Positions 16,153 to 25,155 of a stretch of 64,000 nucleotides of DNA are shown here, piece after piece. Position 1 is the stretch's first letter. Each line of letters opens with the position of its first letter. The translations under genes and the position numbers were made by a program. The DNA comes from an uncultured Bifidobacteriaceae bacterium (GTDB lineage Bacteria > Verrucomicrobiota > Verrucomicrobiia > Limisphaerales > UBA11358): contig CAYVGC010000001.1 in NCBI GenBank assembly GCA_964449815.1, forward strand, positions 15,361 through 79,360, given 5' to 3'. The notes beneath the pieces are model-generated. The model ran no database searches. It saw nothing but the letters and a program-made list of their open reading frames with translations, and was not told where the DNA came from.

Positions 16153-17295
16153 TCAGGCCGGCGTGACATTTTTGCGCCCGAGATTTCCAAATTTGAAGAC
16201 GACCAAGGAGCAAGCAGCTCCGGCCACCAGCCCCAGAAAACCGCCGGCCACCGCGCCGATGAAAATATTCAACGGTTTGTTCGGCCTTACCGGCACACAA
16301 CCTGGTTCAGCTCGATCAACGATTTGAACTGTTGTAGATCTTGGGAGTTGCGCATCCAGTTTCACGGCCTCGATTGTTGAATTGAGCAACTCCTGTAGTT
16401 TGAGCAACTGTGATAAGTTATGCTTCGTGTCCCAATAAGGCTGTTCTTGTGGCGATTGGCTGGCGGAAGCATCACTCGCGATCTTGAATTGCTGGCGCAG
16501 AGATTCCACTTCGGCTTGCGCCCGTCGGATCTGATCTTTTTCCAATTCGGCGCGCGAGCTGACGCGGTAATCCCGGTAAGATTCGGCAATGGCATTGGCG
16601 ATCTGCGCAGCTTGGTATCTTTCATCGCTGTAAACCGTGATGGCGATGAGCTTGGTATTTTTAACCGGTGCAAGGCGCAGGCGGCCTTTGAGGATTTCCA
16701 GCGTCTCGCTGGTCTTAAGCGTCCGCCCGGAAAAATATTTTTTGCCCCAGTCAACATTCAACTTCAGCTTGTCTATGACCGTATTAAGCACGATTTGCGA
16801 CTGCATGATTTCAAACGTCGTCTGGATGAAATACGGGTCGTAAGGTGCTTGGATCGGCGCCCGAACTGAAACCGGCGACGTATCGGATTCCACCAAGATG
16901 TGCGCGGTGCTGGCATAGCCTTCCGGCAGGAGGAGCGTGATGACAACGCTCACCAACAGCACCGCCAAAAACACGGCGGTGAACACCGTGAAAAATCCGG
17001 TCAGCGGCGATGTGAGCGGACGAAACAATGCGGTCATTTTATCGGACATAGATTTCCTTGGGTTAAGAGCGGCAAGACGTTCGATTATCGAAGTGTTGAC
17101 CAAATCCGGCAGGACGCGCAGCCAGAGTTTCAACAGGCCCCAGTTGCGCGATTCATTCCAAGCATCGCGGCATTGGTCGCGGAACAGTTGCGCCATCGCC
17201 ACGCCGTATTCCATGCGGTGCCGTTGCGGATACGCGCGCAGCAAGCGTCCATAAATGCTTTGCGAAATTGAAAAGCTGGGAAAATCGTTTTTCAT
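16153..17295 (-). CDS. Polysaccharide co-polymerase (Wzz/GumC-like chain-length determinant) with a PadR-partner-type N-terminal extension
   Basis: TM1 (FFTVFTAVFLAVLLVSVVITLLL) followed by PEGYASTAHILVE, a long coiled-coil region, and a C-terminal TM (IFIGAVAGGFLGLVAGAACSLVVF), which together give the PCP topology. The N-terminus IYGRLLRAYPQRHRMEYGVAMAQLFRD resembles the cytosolic motif of membrane proteins encoded after PadR genes. The ATG at 17295 overlaps the PadR stop (ATGA). Confidence 0.7.
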   Translation of the reverse strand: MKNDFPSFSISQSIYGRLLRAYPQRHRMEYGVAMAQLFRDQCRDAWNESRNWGLLKLWLRVLPDLVNTSIIERLAALNPRKSMSDKMTALFRPLTSPLTGFFTVFTAVFLAVLLVSVVITLLLPEGYASTAHILVESDTSPVSVRAPIQAPYDPYFIQTTFEIMQSQIVLNTVIDKLKLNVDWGKKYFSGRTLKTSETLEILKGRLRLAPVKNTKLIAITVYSDERYQAAQIANAIAESYRDYRVSSRAELEKDQIRRAQAEVESLRQQFKIASDASASQSPQEQPYWDTKHNLSQLLKLQELLNSTIEAVKLDAQLPRSTTVQIVDRAEPGCVPVRPNKPLNIFIGAVAGGFLGLVAGAACSLVVFKFGNLGRKNVTPA

Positions 17296-17681
17296 GCGCA
17301 AGCTCCGGGCAACGAAACCAGCGCCGCCTTGCCAATCAGTTTTTTCCCGCGCGCGAGAGCCACGATGCCCTCATAGCGACGAGCCTCGGCCCGCACCACT
17401 TCTTCGCCCGCGCCGGTCAGCCGATAATAGCGTCGCCGGTCATCATCCAAATGCGGATCGGGACGCTCGTCTGATTCCTCGATCAATTGCGCTTCGAGCA
17501 GCCGCTTGACGGTGCCGTAGAGAGTTCCCGGGCCCATTTTGATCTGGCCCTCCGTGCTGGTGGCCACTTCCTGCATGATGGCGTAGCCGTGGCGTTCGCC
17601 GCTCGCGAGCGCGAGCAGCACGTGGAACACCGCCGGTGTGAGCGGCAGCAGGCTCTCAGGATCGATTTTGGGCTTTGCCAT
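17292..17681 (-). CDS. PadR-family transcriptional regulator
   Basis: Winged-helix signature LTPAVFHVLLALASGERHGYAIMQEV...GPGTLYGTVKRLLEAQLIEE...RRRYYRLTGAGEE. ATG at 17681 (track start TTG 17735). Confidence 0.85.
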   Translation of the reverse strand: MAKPKIDPESLLPLTPAVFHVLLALASGERHGYAIMQEVATSTEGQIKMGPGTLYGTVKRLLEAQLIEESDERPDPHLDDDRRRYYRLTGAGEEVVRAEARRYEGIVALARGKKLIGKAALVSLPGACA

Positions 17682-17750
17682 TTTAATGGATATATCTGTT
17701 GCGGATATATTGAATCCGAAGGCGGCTGTTGTCAACCCGGTTTTGGAGTT

Positions 17751-18389
17751 TTATTTCAACCTCTGCCGGAACTCCGCGCAGGCCTGGGCCGCGTCCGGCG
17801 CGTTTAGGATGGCGGAGACGACGCAGATGCGCCGCGCGCCCGCTGCGAGCACGGCGGCGAGCGTCTGCAAATTGATGCCGCCGATGGCAAACCACGGCAC
17901 GGACAAATGCGCCGCCGCCCAGCGGACATAGTCGAGCGTCACGGGTTTGGCCGTCGGCTTGGTGCCGGTGGCATAGATGGGGCCGATGGCGATGTAGTCC
18001 GCCCCGGCGTCGAGCGCGCGTCGCGCCTGGTCTGGCGCGTGGGTGCTCAAACCGATCCGCAATCCGCAATCCGCAATCCGCAATCCCGAAACATGCGTGT
18101 GGCCGGCGTTGAAAAAATCTTCCTGACCGAGATGGCAGAGGTCCGCACACACTTCACGCGCAATGGCCAGATGGTCGTTGATGACCAGGCCGACGTTGGC
18201 GCGGCGGGTGACGGGCAGGATTTTTTCGGCGAGGCGGCGGATGTCGTCGGGCGGGAAATTTTTGGCGCGGAGCTGGATCAAATCGCTGCCGCCGTCGCAG
18301 AGCTGTTGCGCAACGAGTTCGGGCGCGCGGCCATGGAGATAGGCCATGTCCACGAAGGTGTAAAGCCGGCAGTCGGCGAGCGGTTTCAT
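17751..18389 (-). CDS. thiE: Thiamine-phosphate synthase
   Basis: LIQLRAK, VINDHLAIA, CHLGQED, GLSTH, GADYIAIGPIYATGTK and FAIGGI. ATG at 18389 (MKPLADCRLYTFVD); the track start is TTG 18443. Confidence 0.9.
   Translation of the reverse strand: MKPLADCRLYTFVDMAYLHGRAPELVAQQLCDGGSDLIQLRAKNFPPDDIRRLAEKILPVTRRANVGLVINDHLAIAREVCADLCHLGQEDFFNAGHTHVSGLRIADCGLRIGLSTHAPDQARRALDAGADYIAIGPIYATGTKPTAKPVTLDYVRWAAAHLSVPWFAIGGINLQTLAAVLAAGARRICVVSAILNAPDAAQACAEFRQRLK
18056..18086. repeat. Heptanucleotide tandem repeat (TCCGCAA x4 plus a partial unit) inside thiE
   Basis: tccgcaa tccgcaa tccgcaa tccgcaa tcc, which encodes GLRIADCGLRI on the reverse strand. Confidence 0.9.
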
Positions 18390-18494
18390 GTCGTCAGTTT
18401 GCCGGAAAATTGAACTACAAACGAACGAAGGAACTGATGGCAAACGGAATTCCGGTTACACTGGTTGCTGGATTCCTTCGTGGTTCAGAAAGGA

Positions 18495-18524
18495 AACGGC
18501 GGCGGGAATTTCCCCGCCGCCGTT
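18495..18524 (-). terminator. Candidate rho-independent terminator after pfk
   Basis: A 12-bp GC-rich stem (AACGGCGGCGGG / CCCGCCGCCGTT) with a loop of about 6 nt. On the minus strand it is followed by TTTCCTTTCT. It lies 16 nt downstream of the pfk stop. Confidence 0.55.
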
Positions 18525-18539
18525 CGCGTAAATCGTTTT

Positions 18540-19829
18540 TTACTTCAGGCCGACGAGATAGCCGAAGCGGGCCTTGAATTGTTCCGGCTTCATCTTGACG
18601 ACGGCACCGAGCTTGGCGAGATGCTTGGCGTCCTCGAAGTCTTCGCGTTCGAGGCGGATCATGTAGGCCTGGGCGCATTCGAAGGCTTCACCGTCCACGT
18701 TCACGCGGCGGTTCTGCATGCGGCCGGTCTTGGGATCAAGCATCTTGTCGAACGGCAGCGGGTTCATCTTGCCGTCCACGAAGCTGATGATGGCGCCGTA
18801 TTTTTCGGCCTCAGGCGAGCGGAGGAATTTCACCGCGGCATAGCCGAGGTCGCGGGTGTATTCGGCGTCGAACGGGATCGGATCGGCGCAGCGCAGTTCG
18901 TAGCCAAGGTCCTTGTCAATGAAAGTCATCTTGATGCCGAGCTTTTCCAGGCGCGTGCTCAAAAGCTCTTTCATCAGGCGGCCGAATTCGATTTCACCGA
19001 GGCGCAGATGGCCGTGTTCGTCGCGGACGACTTTTCCGAAACGTTCCAACTGGCCGGCGGGGAGGGCTTCCACGAGGCCTTTTTCGCCAATCGCTTCAAT
19101 CAAGCCTTCCGCCAGCACCACCAGCCCGTAACGCGAGCCTTCGGCGGTGCGCTTGATGATGGAGCCGATGATGATGTCGCAGACTTCATCCACGGTGACG
19201 GGGCGGCCGCGAAATTCCTCGGAAATGATGGAGAGCGTGGCGGCGGAGGCCTTGGCGATGCCGAGCGCCAGATGCCCCGCCGCGCGGCCCATGCTGACGA
19301 TGAGATACCAGCGTGACGTGGTGCGCGCGTCTTCAATCAGGTTGCGGACAATCTGCACGCCGTAGTGGCGGGCGGTTTCATAGCCGAACGTCGGCGCGGT
19401 GCCGGGCAGCGGCAGGTCGTTGTCAATCGTCTTGGGCACATGCGCGACCTTGATTTTGCCCTTGCTATATTTGGAGACGTAGCTGGCGGAGAACGCTGTG
19501 TCGTCGCCGCCGATGCTGACGAGGGCGGTGATGCCGAGCTTCTCGAACACGGTGAAAATGTTGTTCATCTGCTCCTGCGACTTGGTCGGGTTGGTGCGCG
19601 CGGTGCCGAGAATCGAGCCGCCCTTGAGATGAATGTCCTTCACGTCGCGGATGGTCAGCGGCTTGATCTGTGTGGTGTCGCCCTGCGCGATGTATTTGAA
19701 GCCGTCGCGGAAGCCGATGACTTCATAGCCTTGGTTGATGCCTTCGATGGTGGCCGCCGCGATGACGCCGTTGAGTCCGGGGGCCGGACCGCCGCCCACC
19801 AAAATTCCGAGTCTGCCTTTATTGCTCAT
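18540..19829 (-). CDS. 6-phosphofructokinase (ATP- or PPi-dependent, PFK family)
   Basis: RLGILVGGGPAPGLNGVI, SIGGDDT, PKTIDNDL and MGRAAGHLAL motifs. Confidence 0.9.
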   Translation of the reverse strand: MSNKGRLGILVGGGPAPGLNGVIAAATIEGINQGYEVIGFRDGFKYIAQGDTTQIKPLTIRDVKDIHLKGGSILGTARTNPTKSQEQMNNIFTVFEKLGITALVSIGGDDTAFSASYVSKYSKGKIKVAHVPKTIDNDLPLPGTAPTFGYETARHYGVQIVRNLIEDARTTSRWYLIVSMGRAAGHLALGIAKASAATLSIISEEFRGRPVTVDEVCDIIIGSIIKRTAEGSRYGLVVLAEGLIEAIGEKGLVEALPAGQLERFGKVVRDEHGHLRLGEIEFGRLMKELLSTRLEKLGIKMTFIDKDLGYELRCADPIPFDAEYTRDLGYAAVKFLRSPEAEKYGAIISFVDGKMNPLPFDKMLDPKTGRMQNRRVNVDGEAFECAQAYMIRLEREDFEDAKHLAKLGAVVKMKPEQFKARFGYLVGLK

Positions 19830-19937
19830 GTATTTTGAATGTTAAGTTGATGTCTGCAAAGACGGCGTATCATGCCTGCAACAAAGTGAAATTTCAATTC
19901 CATTCTTGCCACAATCTGCCCACAATTTGCCAACTGA

Positions 19938-20498
19938 ATGAACCGAGCGATTTTTCTCGACCGCGACGGAACGCTGATCGCGGAAAAAAATTACCTGCAC
20001 CGGCCCGAAGACGTGGAAATTTTCCCCGGCGCGGGCGCGGCGTTGAAACGGCTGGCGGACACCGGATTCAAGCTCTTCATCGTCACGAACCAGTCCGGCA
20101 TCGGGCGCGGCTACTTCACGCTGGCGGAGGCGGAACGCGTGAACGGGCATCTTGCCCGCGAGTTCGCGCGCGACGGCGTGCACTTTGAGAAAACCTACAT
20201 TGCGCCGGAAGCGCCCGACCAGCCGAGCCGCGTCCGCAAGCCGTCGCCGCAGTTCCTGTTTGATGCGCGGGATGAATTTGCTTTGAACTTGGCGGAAAGC
20301 TTCATGGTCGGCGACAAATTGATTGACCTCGAATGCGGCTGGAACGCGGGCGTGAAAAGAAGTATTCTGGTCCGCACCGGCTACGGCGCGGAGGAGGAAC
20401 GAACGTCGCCAGACCTAATTTCACGCGCCGGGGTCGTGGATGATTTGAGCGGAATGGCAGCGTTAATTTTGAAACATCAATTCGCAATTCAGAAATAA
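19938..20498 (+). CDS. HAD-IIIA phosphatase, D,D-heptose-1,7-bisphosphate phosphatase (GmhB)-like
   Basis: FLDRDGTLI, VTNQSGIGRGYF, RKPSP and MVGDKLIDLECG. The Zn-binding Cys cluster seen in many GmhB proteins is not apparent. Confidence 0.75.
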   Translation: MNRAIFLDRDGTLIAEKNYLHRPEDVEIFPGAGAALKRLADTGFKLFIVTNQSGIGRGYFTLAEAERVNGHLAREFARDGVHFEKTYIAPEAPDQPSRVRKPSPQFLFDARDEFALNLAESFMVGDKLIDLECGWNAGVKRSILVRTGYGAEEERTSPDLISRAGVVDDLSGMAALILKHQFAIQK

Positions 20499-20501
20499 TT
20501 T

Positions 20502-22352
20502 ATGTGCGGCATCATTGGATACGTCGGGAAAAAGCCGGCCTCGCCCATCCTGCTGGAAGGCTTGCGGCGGCTGGAATATCGCGGCTACGACAGCGCGGGC
20601 GTGGCCGTGCTGTGCGGCGCGGAGCTGCTGGTGCGCAAAAAAAAAGGCAAGATAGACGAAGGTCTGGCACGGTTGCTGAAATCCGAACCGGCCGCGGGCA
20701 ATCTCGGCATCGGCCACACGCGCTGGGCCACGCACGGCGTTCCTTCCGACAAAAACTGCCATCCGCACCTCGATCAGACCGGCAAAATCGCCATCGTTCA
20801 CAACGGCGTCATTGAAAATTACGACGCCATCAAACAAAAACTGCTCAAAGCCGGGCACGCTTTCAAATCGGATACCGACACGGAAGTGCTCGCCCATTTG
20901 ATCGGCGAACACTACGCGAAACGCGCCGGCAACAATGGCGACTCGCTCACGCGGGCCGTTTCCGATGCGCTGCGCGAAGTCATCGGCACCTATGGTCTGG
21001 CGGTCATCTGCACGGATTTTCCGAACACGATTGTCGGCGCCCGGCGCGGTTCGCCGCTCATCATCGGCATCGGCCAGGACGAAAATTTTGTCGCCAGCGA
21101 CGCCAACGCCATTGTCGCGCACACGAAAAAGGTCGTTTACTTGAACGACTACGATGTGGCGACGATCACGCCGGGGCACTTTGACGTTTTGAATCTCGGC
21201 ACGAGCACGGCCAGCGTTCAAATCAGCAATCTGGAGTTTTCGCAGGAGGACGCGGCGCGCGGCAAGCACGCGCATTTCATGCTCAAGGAAATCTACGAGC
21301 AGCCGCAGACGGTGCTGAACGCGCTGCGCGGTCGTTTGGATTTTGAAGGTGCGACGGCGAAGTTCGGCGGTCTGAACATGACCGCCGCCGAGTTGCGCGG
21401 CATTGACCGCATCGTCATTGCGGCCAGCGGCACAAGCTGGCATGCGGCGCTCGTCGGCGAATATTTGATCGAGGAGCTGGCGCAACTGCCGGTCGAGGTG
21501 GAGTTCGCGCATGAATTCTGCTACCGCAATTGTCCGCTCGATAAAAACACCATTTTGCTCGTGCTCTCGCAATCCGGCGAAACGGCGGACACGCTCGCCG
21601 CGTTGCGCGAAGCCAAGCGGCGCGGCCACCGCGCGCTGGCCATCGTCAACGTCGTCGGCAGCACCATCGCGCGCGAATCCGACGGCGGCATCTACATGCA
21701 CGCCGGCCCGGAAATCGGCGTCGCCTCCACGAAGGCGTTCGTTTCGACGCTCACGATTCTGACCCTGCTCGCGATCCACCTGGGCCGGATGCGCCAGCTT
21801 TCGGCGAACCGCGCGCGGGAGATTCTGCGCGGGCTGGAAGCCTTGCCGATGCAGATTGAAAAAATTCTCGCGCAGAACGACCGGCTGAAAAAAACCGCGA
21901 AGAAATATGCGAAGGCGGAAGATTTCTTTTTTCTCGGCCGCGGCTATACGTTTCCGATTGCCCTCGAAGGCGCGCTCAAGCTCAAGGAAATTTCCTACAT
22001 CCACGCCGAGGGTTATTCGGCGGCGGAAATGAAGCACGGGCCGATTGCGCTGATTGATAAAAACACGCCGACGGTTTTTCTGGTGCCGCAGGATGCGATG
22101 TATGACAAGACGATGGCCAACCTCGCCATGATCCGCGCGCGCCAAGGCCCGATCATCGCGCTGGCCACCGAAGGCGACCAGGGCATCAGGAAAGTGGCGG
22201 ACGACGTGATTTACCTGCCGCAGACTCTGGACTTGCTCAACCCGATTCTGGCGAGCGTGCCGCTGCAACTGTTCGCTTATCACATCGCCGTGACACGCGG
22301 CTGCGACGTGGACAAGCCGCGGAATCTGGCCAAGAGCGTGACGGTGGAATAA
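20502..22352 (+). CDS. glmS: Glutamine--fructose-6-phosphate aminotransferase
   Basis: MCGIIGYVG N-terminal nucleophile, two SIS domains, and the C-terminal DKPRNLAKSVTVE. Confidence 0.97.
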   Translation: MCGIIGYVGKKPASPILLEGLRRLEYRGYDSAGVAVLCGAELLVRKKKGKIDEGLARLLKSEPAAGNLGIGHTRWATHGVPSDKNCHPHLDQTGKIAIVHNGVIENYDAIKQKLLKAGHAFKSDTDTEVLAHLIGEHYAKRAGNNGDSLTRAVSDALREVIGTYGLAVICTDFPNTIVGARRGSPLIIGIGQDENFVASDANAIVAHTKKVVYLNDYDVATITPGHFDVLNLGTSTASVQISNLEFSQEDAARGKHAHFMLKEIYEQPQTVLNALRGRLDFEGATAKFGGLNMTAAELRGIDRIVIAASGTSWHAALVGEYLIEELAQLPVEVEFAHEFCYRNCPLDKNTILLVLSQSGETADTLAALREAKRRGHRALAIVNVVGSTIARESDGGIYMHAGPEIGVASTKAFVSTLTILTLLAIHLGRMRQLSANRAREILRGLEALPMQIEKILAQNDRLKKTAKKYAKAEDFFFLGRGYTFPIALEGALKLKEISYIHAEGYSAAEMKHGPIALIDKNTPTVFLVPQDAMYDKTMANLAMIRARQGPIIALATEGDQGIRKVADDVIYLPQTLDLLNPILASVPLQLFAYHIAVTRGCDVDKPRNLAKSVTVE

Positions 22353-22791
22353 AAATCCGCCGCCGGTTCAAATATTTGTTGACGAAAAACAAAAAATCGA
22401 AATAAAAACAAAAATCCGAAATTTCATGGGGTGTGTTAGGCTGCTTTGCAGAATCGCCGCGTCTTTATTGGGGAAAGAACCGCCCCAATAATCACGACGA
22501 GTATGACTGCCGGTCATTTCAAAAGTAAATCTGGTTTACATTTGGCCCGCCATCGCCCTCCAAGTGGGCATTTTCCCCCAGCAAATGAAGGCAGAACAAC
22601 AGTTGCCGAATTTCTGAGTCTGGATTGACGGCCCTTCCGGACGCCGCACCACACGGCGCTCACCACATCAAACAGCCGTTCCGCCCCGGTCTTGGAGAAC
22701 GAAACGTAGCCCGCCCGTCAAGTGATCTGACGCTAAAAAATGGACGCGACCACGGTTGGGTTTTGCTGCGAAAAGAAAGCGCAACGGAACT

Positions 22792-22961
22792 ATGAGTAAG
22801 CGCAAGTTGAGCGAGGAGCAGATTTTGGGGATTCTCGGTGCGGACAAAGGCGATCTGTGAGTCAGGTGGTGTGTGCGCGTCATAACATCTGCGAGTCTGC
22901 ACACATTGCTGGAGCACTGCGGGTGCGTGAGGTGGCAAAATTGGGGCTGGTGCCGAAATAA
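22792..22961 (+). pseudogene. Degraded IS3-family transposase orfA fragment
   Basis: MSKRKLSEEQILGILGADKGDL, then a stop. A shifted frame continues VSQVVCARHNICESAHIAGALRVREV, which is comparable to MSKRKFSEEQ...V.ELCRKHGIS..TFY.W..KYGG. No orfB follows. Confidence 0.55.
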
Positions 22962-23256
22962 GTTTTCCGCTTTGGAAAGCTTTTTACGCTTTATAAGTCA
23001 GAAGTCCAATTTTGTTTATGCACAACAGGCACCTTCCACGTGAATCGTGGAGAAGCAGACATTGGCATCAAATGATGCGAACTCTTTAATATGAACAGTG
23101 CAAATAAAGCAAATCTACAAGCAATCTGCACGGTCGCCGGGCTGCATTCTTTTCGTCCGATGGCAGCATTAAAACCGGGTCTAGCAACCGCGCTGCTGTT
23201 CATGGCGACGGTTTTCGTGTCCTCGGCAGCCAATGTGACGCTGTGACATACCGCCG

Positions 23257-23397
23257 CGGCGCTGGGTGGTCGAACGTACCTTTGGCTGGTTGATGCATCA
23301 TCGGCGATTAGTTCGTGACTATGAAACCACCAACACCAACGCCGAGGCATTCATCTATATCGCTATGATCCGCATTCAACTCCGCAGGCTGGCCTGA
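23257..23397 (+). pseudogene. C-terminal fragment of an IS5/IS4-superfamily DDE transposase
   Basis: [46 protein letters not shown] followed by a stop matches the conserved R-W-x-VER-x-F-x-WL...RRL..dYE...a.iy.A.i...lRRL tail. There is no upstream catalytic region. Confidence 0.65.
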
Positions 23398-23743
23398 TTT
23401 TTTACAAAACATGAATTTAAAACAGTCTCTTAGCGTTCAGATGAGAGCTTTTCCAAGCGCCCTAATTGTGGTTGAAGTTCCTGCACGCTTCTGAAAAATT
23501 GTCAGAAGTCCGGGCCGGTAGATTGGCAATTTGACGCGAATTTGCTGGAGGAAATCGAAAATTTCGGATTATTCTTTTTCACCAACAATATTGTATTCAG
23601 GGAATAAAGACCGGCACCAAGCAATAAACATTGAATTTAACAAAGGGTTCCTGATTTCCCCGGTGGTGGATGGCAGCTCGCGCCCGACGGCGCTGGAATT
23701 TTGCCGCAGGCACGGCGCAGGCGGTTTATTCCAGCAATACGCA

Positions 23744-23773
23744 TTGACGCAATCGGTGTGGTTCCGTTATGCT
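23744..23773 (+). promoter_or_regulatory. Candidate sigma-70 promoter of tig
   Basis: TTGACG (23744..23749), an 18-nt spacer, then TATGCT (23768..23773). The track ATG at 23769 lies inside the -10 element, which favours the GTG at 23802 as the tig start. Confidence 0.45.
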
Positions 23774-23801
23774 GCACGGCTCGTTTAACTCATTTTTTAT
23801 T

Positions 23802-25112
23802 GTGAACGTATCCGTTGAAAATTTGGCCCCGTGCAAAAAACTCGTGCGGGTGGAACTGGACGCGGTCGCCGTGGACGCGGCGTTTGACGCCATCACGAAG
23901 GATTTCCAGAAGCAGGCGTCGCTGCCGGGCTTCCGTCCGGGCAAGGCTCCGCGCGCCATGGTCGTCAAGAAATACGACGCGGAAATCCAGGAGGAGGCCA
24001 GGCACAAGCTCATTGGTGAAAATTACCGCAAGGCGATCGAGGACAAGAAAATCCAGGTCGTCGGCCATCCTGACATCGAAGAAGTGCAGTTCGGCCGCGG
24101 CCAGGCGTTGCAGTTCACCGCGACGGTGGAGACCGCGCCGGAATTTCAACTGCCGGAATACAAAGGTCTGCCGGCGCAGCTCGAAACGAAGTCCGTGACG
24201 GTTGCGGACGTGGAACGCGCGCTGGAAATGCTGCGCGGCCAGCACGCCAAATTTGAAACGGTCGCGCGCCCGCTGGCCGGCGGCGACATCGCCGTGGTGA
24301 ATTACACCGGCGTCTGCGACGGCAAGCCCCTCACCGAACTCGCGCCGACGGCAAAAGGTTTGACCGAGCAAAAAAATTTCTGGGTGGAGACAACGGGCGG
24401 CTCGTTCATCCCCGGTTTTGCCGCGCAGCTTATCGGCGCGCAGGCCGGCGAGAAGCGCACGGTGAACGTGGACTTCCCGGCGGACTTCGTGACGCCGCAG
24501 TTGCAGGGCAAAAAGGGTGTCTATGAAGTCGAAATTGTCGAGGTGAAGGAAAGGATCTTGCCGCCGGTGGACGACGGGCTGGCGAAAAAATTCGGCGCGG
24601 AAAATCTGGAGAAGCTCAAGGAAGGCGTCCGCAAGGATTTGGAAAACGAGCTGAAATACTCGCAGTCGAAGGCGGTTCGCGCGCAGGCGGTTCGCGCGCT
24701 GCTGGGCCGGGTGAATTTTGACCTGCCGGAATCGGCGGTCGCCAGCGAAACGCGCAACGTGGTTTACGACCTCGTCCGCCAGAACACGCAGCGCGGCGTG
24801 GGGCGCGAGCTGATCGAGAAGCAAAAGGACGAAATTTATTCCGCCGCCGCCGTCAACGCGAAGGAACGCGTGAAGCTGGCGTTCATCGTCCAGCGCATCG
24901 CCGAGCAGGAAAAAATCACGGTGACGCAGGAGGACGCGGTGAAACGCGCGCAGCAACTGGCGATGATGTATCAGATGCCGTTCGACCAGTTCCTGAAGGA
25001 TTTGCAGAAGCGCAATGGGGTGAATGAAATTTACGAGCAGGTCTTGCACGAAAAAGTGCTGGATTTGATCGAAAAGAATGCCACCATCTCCGAAGGCACG
25101 CCGATAAGATAA
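23802..25112 (+). CDS. tig: Trigger factor
   Basis: N-terminal ribosome-binding motif GFRPGKAP, a central FKBP-like PPIase region, and a C-terminal helical arm. The start is GTG 23802 (VNVSVENLAPCKK) or the track ATG 23769. Confidence 0.9.
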   Translation: MNVSVENLAPCKKLVRVELDAVAVDAAFDAITKDFQKQASLPGFRPGKAPRAMVVKKYDAEIQEEARHKLIGENYRKAIEDKKIQVVGHPDIEEVQFGRGQALQFTATVETAPEFQLPEYKGLPAQLETKSVTVADVERALEMLRGQHAKFETVARPLAGGDIAVVNYTGVCDGKPLTELAPTAKGLTEQKNFWVETTGGSFIPGFAAQLIGAQAGEKRTVNVDFPADFVTPQLQGKKGVYEVEIVEVKERILPPVDDGLAKKFGAENLEKLKEGVRKDLENELKYSQSKAVRAQAVRALLGRVNFDLPESAVASETRNVVYDLVRQNTQRGVGRELIEKQKDEIYSAAAVNAKERVKLAFIVQRIAEQEKITVTQEDAVKRAQQLAMMYQMPFDQFLKDLQKRNGVNEIYEQVLHEKVLDLIEKNATISEGTPIR

Positions 25113-25155
25113 CCTTTCGGTTGTTCTGCGGCGGCGCGCGGCGTCTGGGTTTTCA

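Noticed and set aside
18390-18540. TPP riboswitch upstream of thiE.
   Set aside because: No CUGAGA or ACCUGAUCUGGAUAAUGCCAGCG-like elements are seen. The spacer is largely occupied by the pfk terminator hairpin.
19834-20501. glmS ribozyme or leader upstream of glmS.
   Set aside because: glmS starts 4 nt after the HAD phosphatase gene, leaving no room for a structured leader.
20463-22283. 606-aa ORF antisense to glmS. Similar long shadow ORFs occur at 582..1655(+), 23790..25280(-), 43932..45899(+) and 46092..47336(+).
   Set aside because: Each lies opposite an unmistakable conserved gene. The translations are Arg/Ala/Gly-rich low-complexity sequence, typical of stop-poor antisense frames in GC-rich DNA.
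22991-23350. 119-aa minus-strand ORF in the glmS-tig spacer.
   Set aside because: It overlaps the plus-strand IS5-type transposase tail and has no motifs. It is likely spurious.
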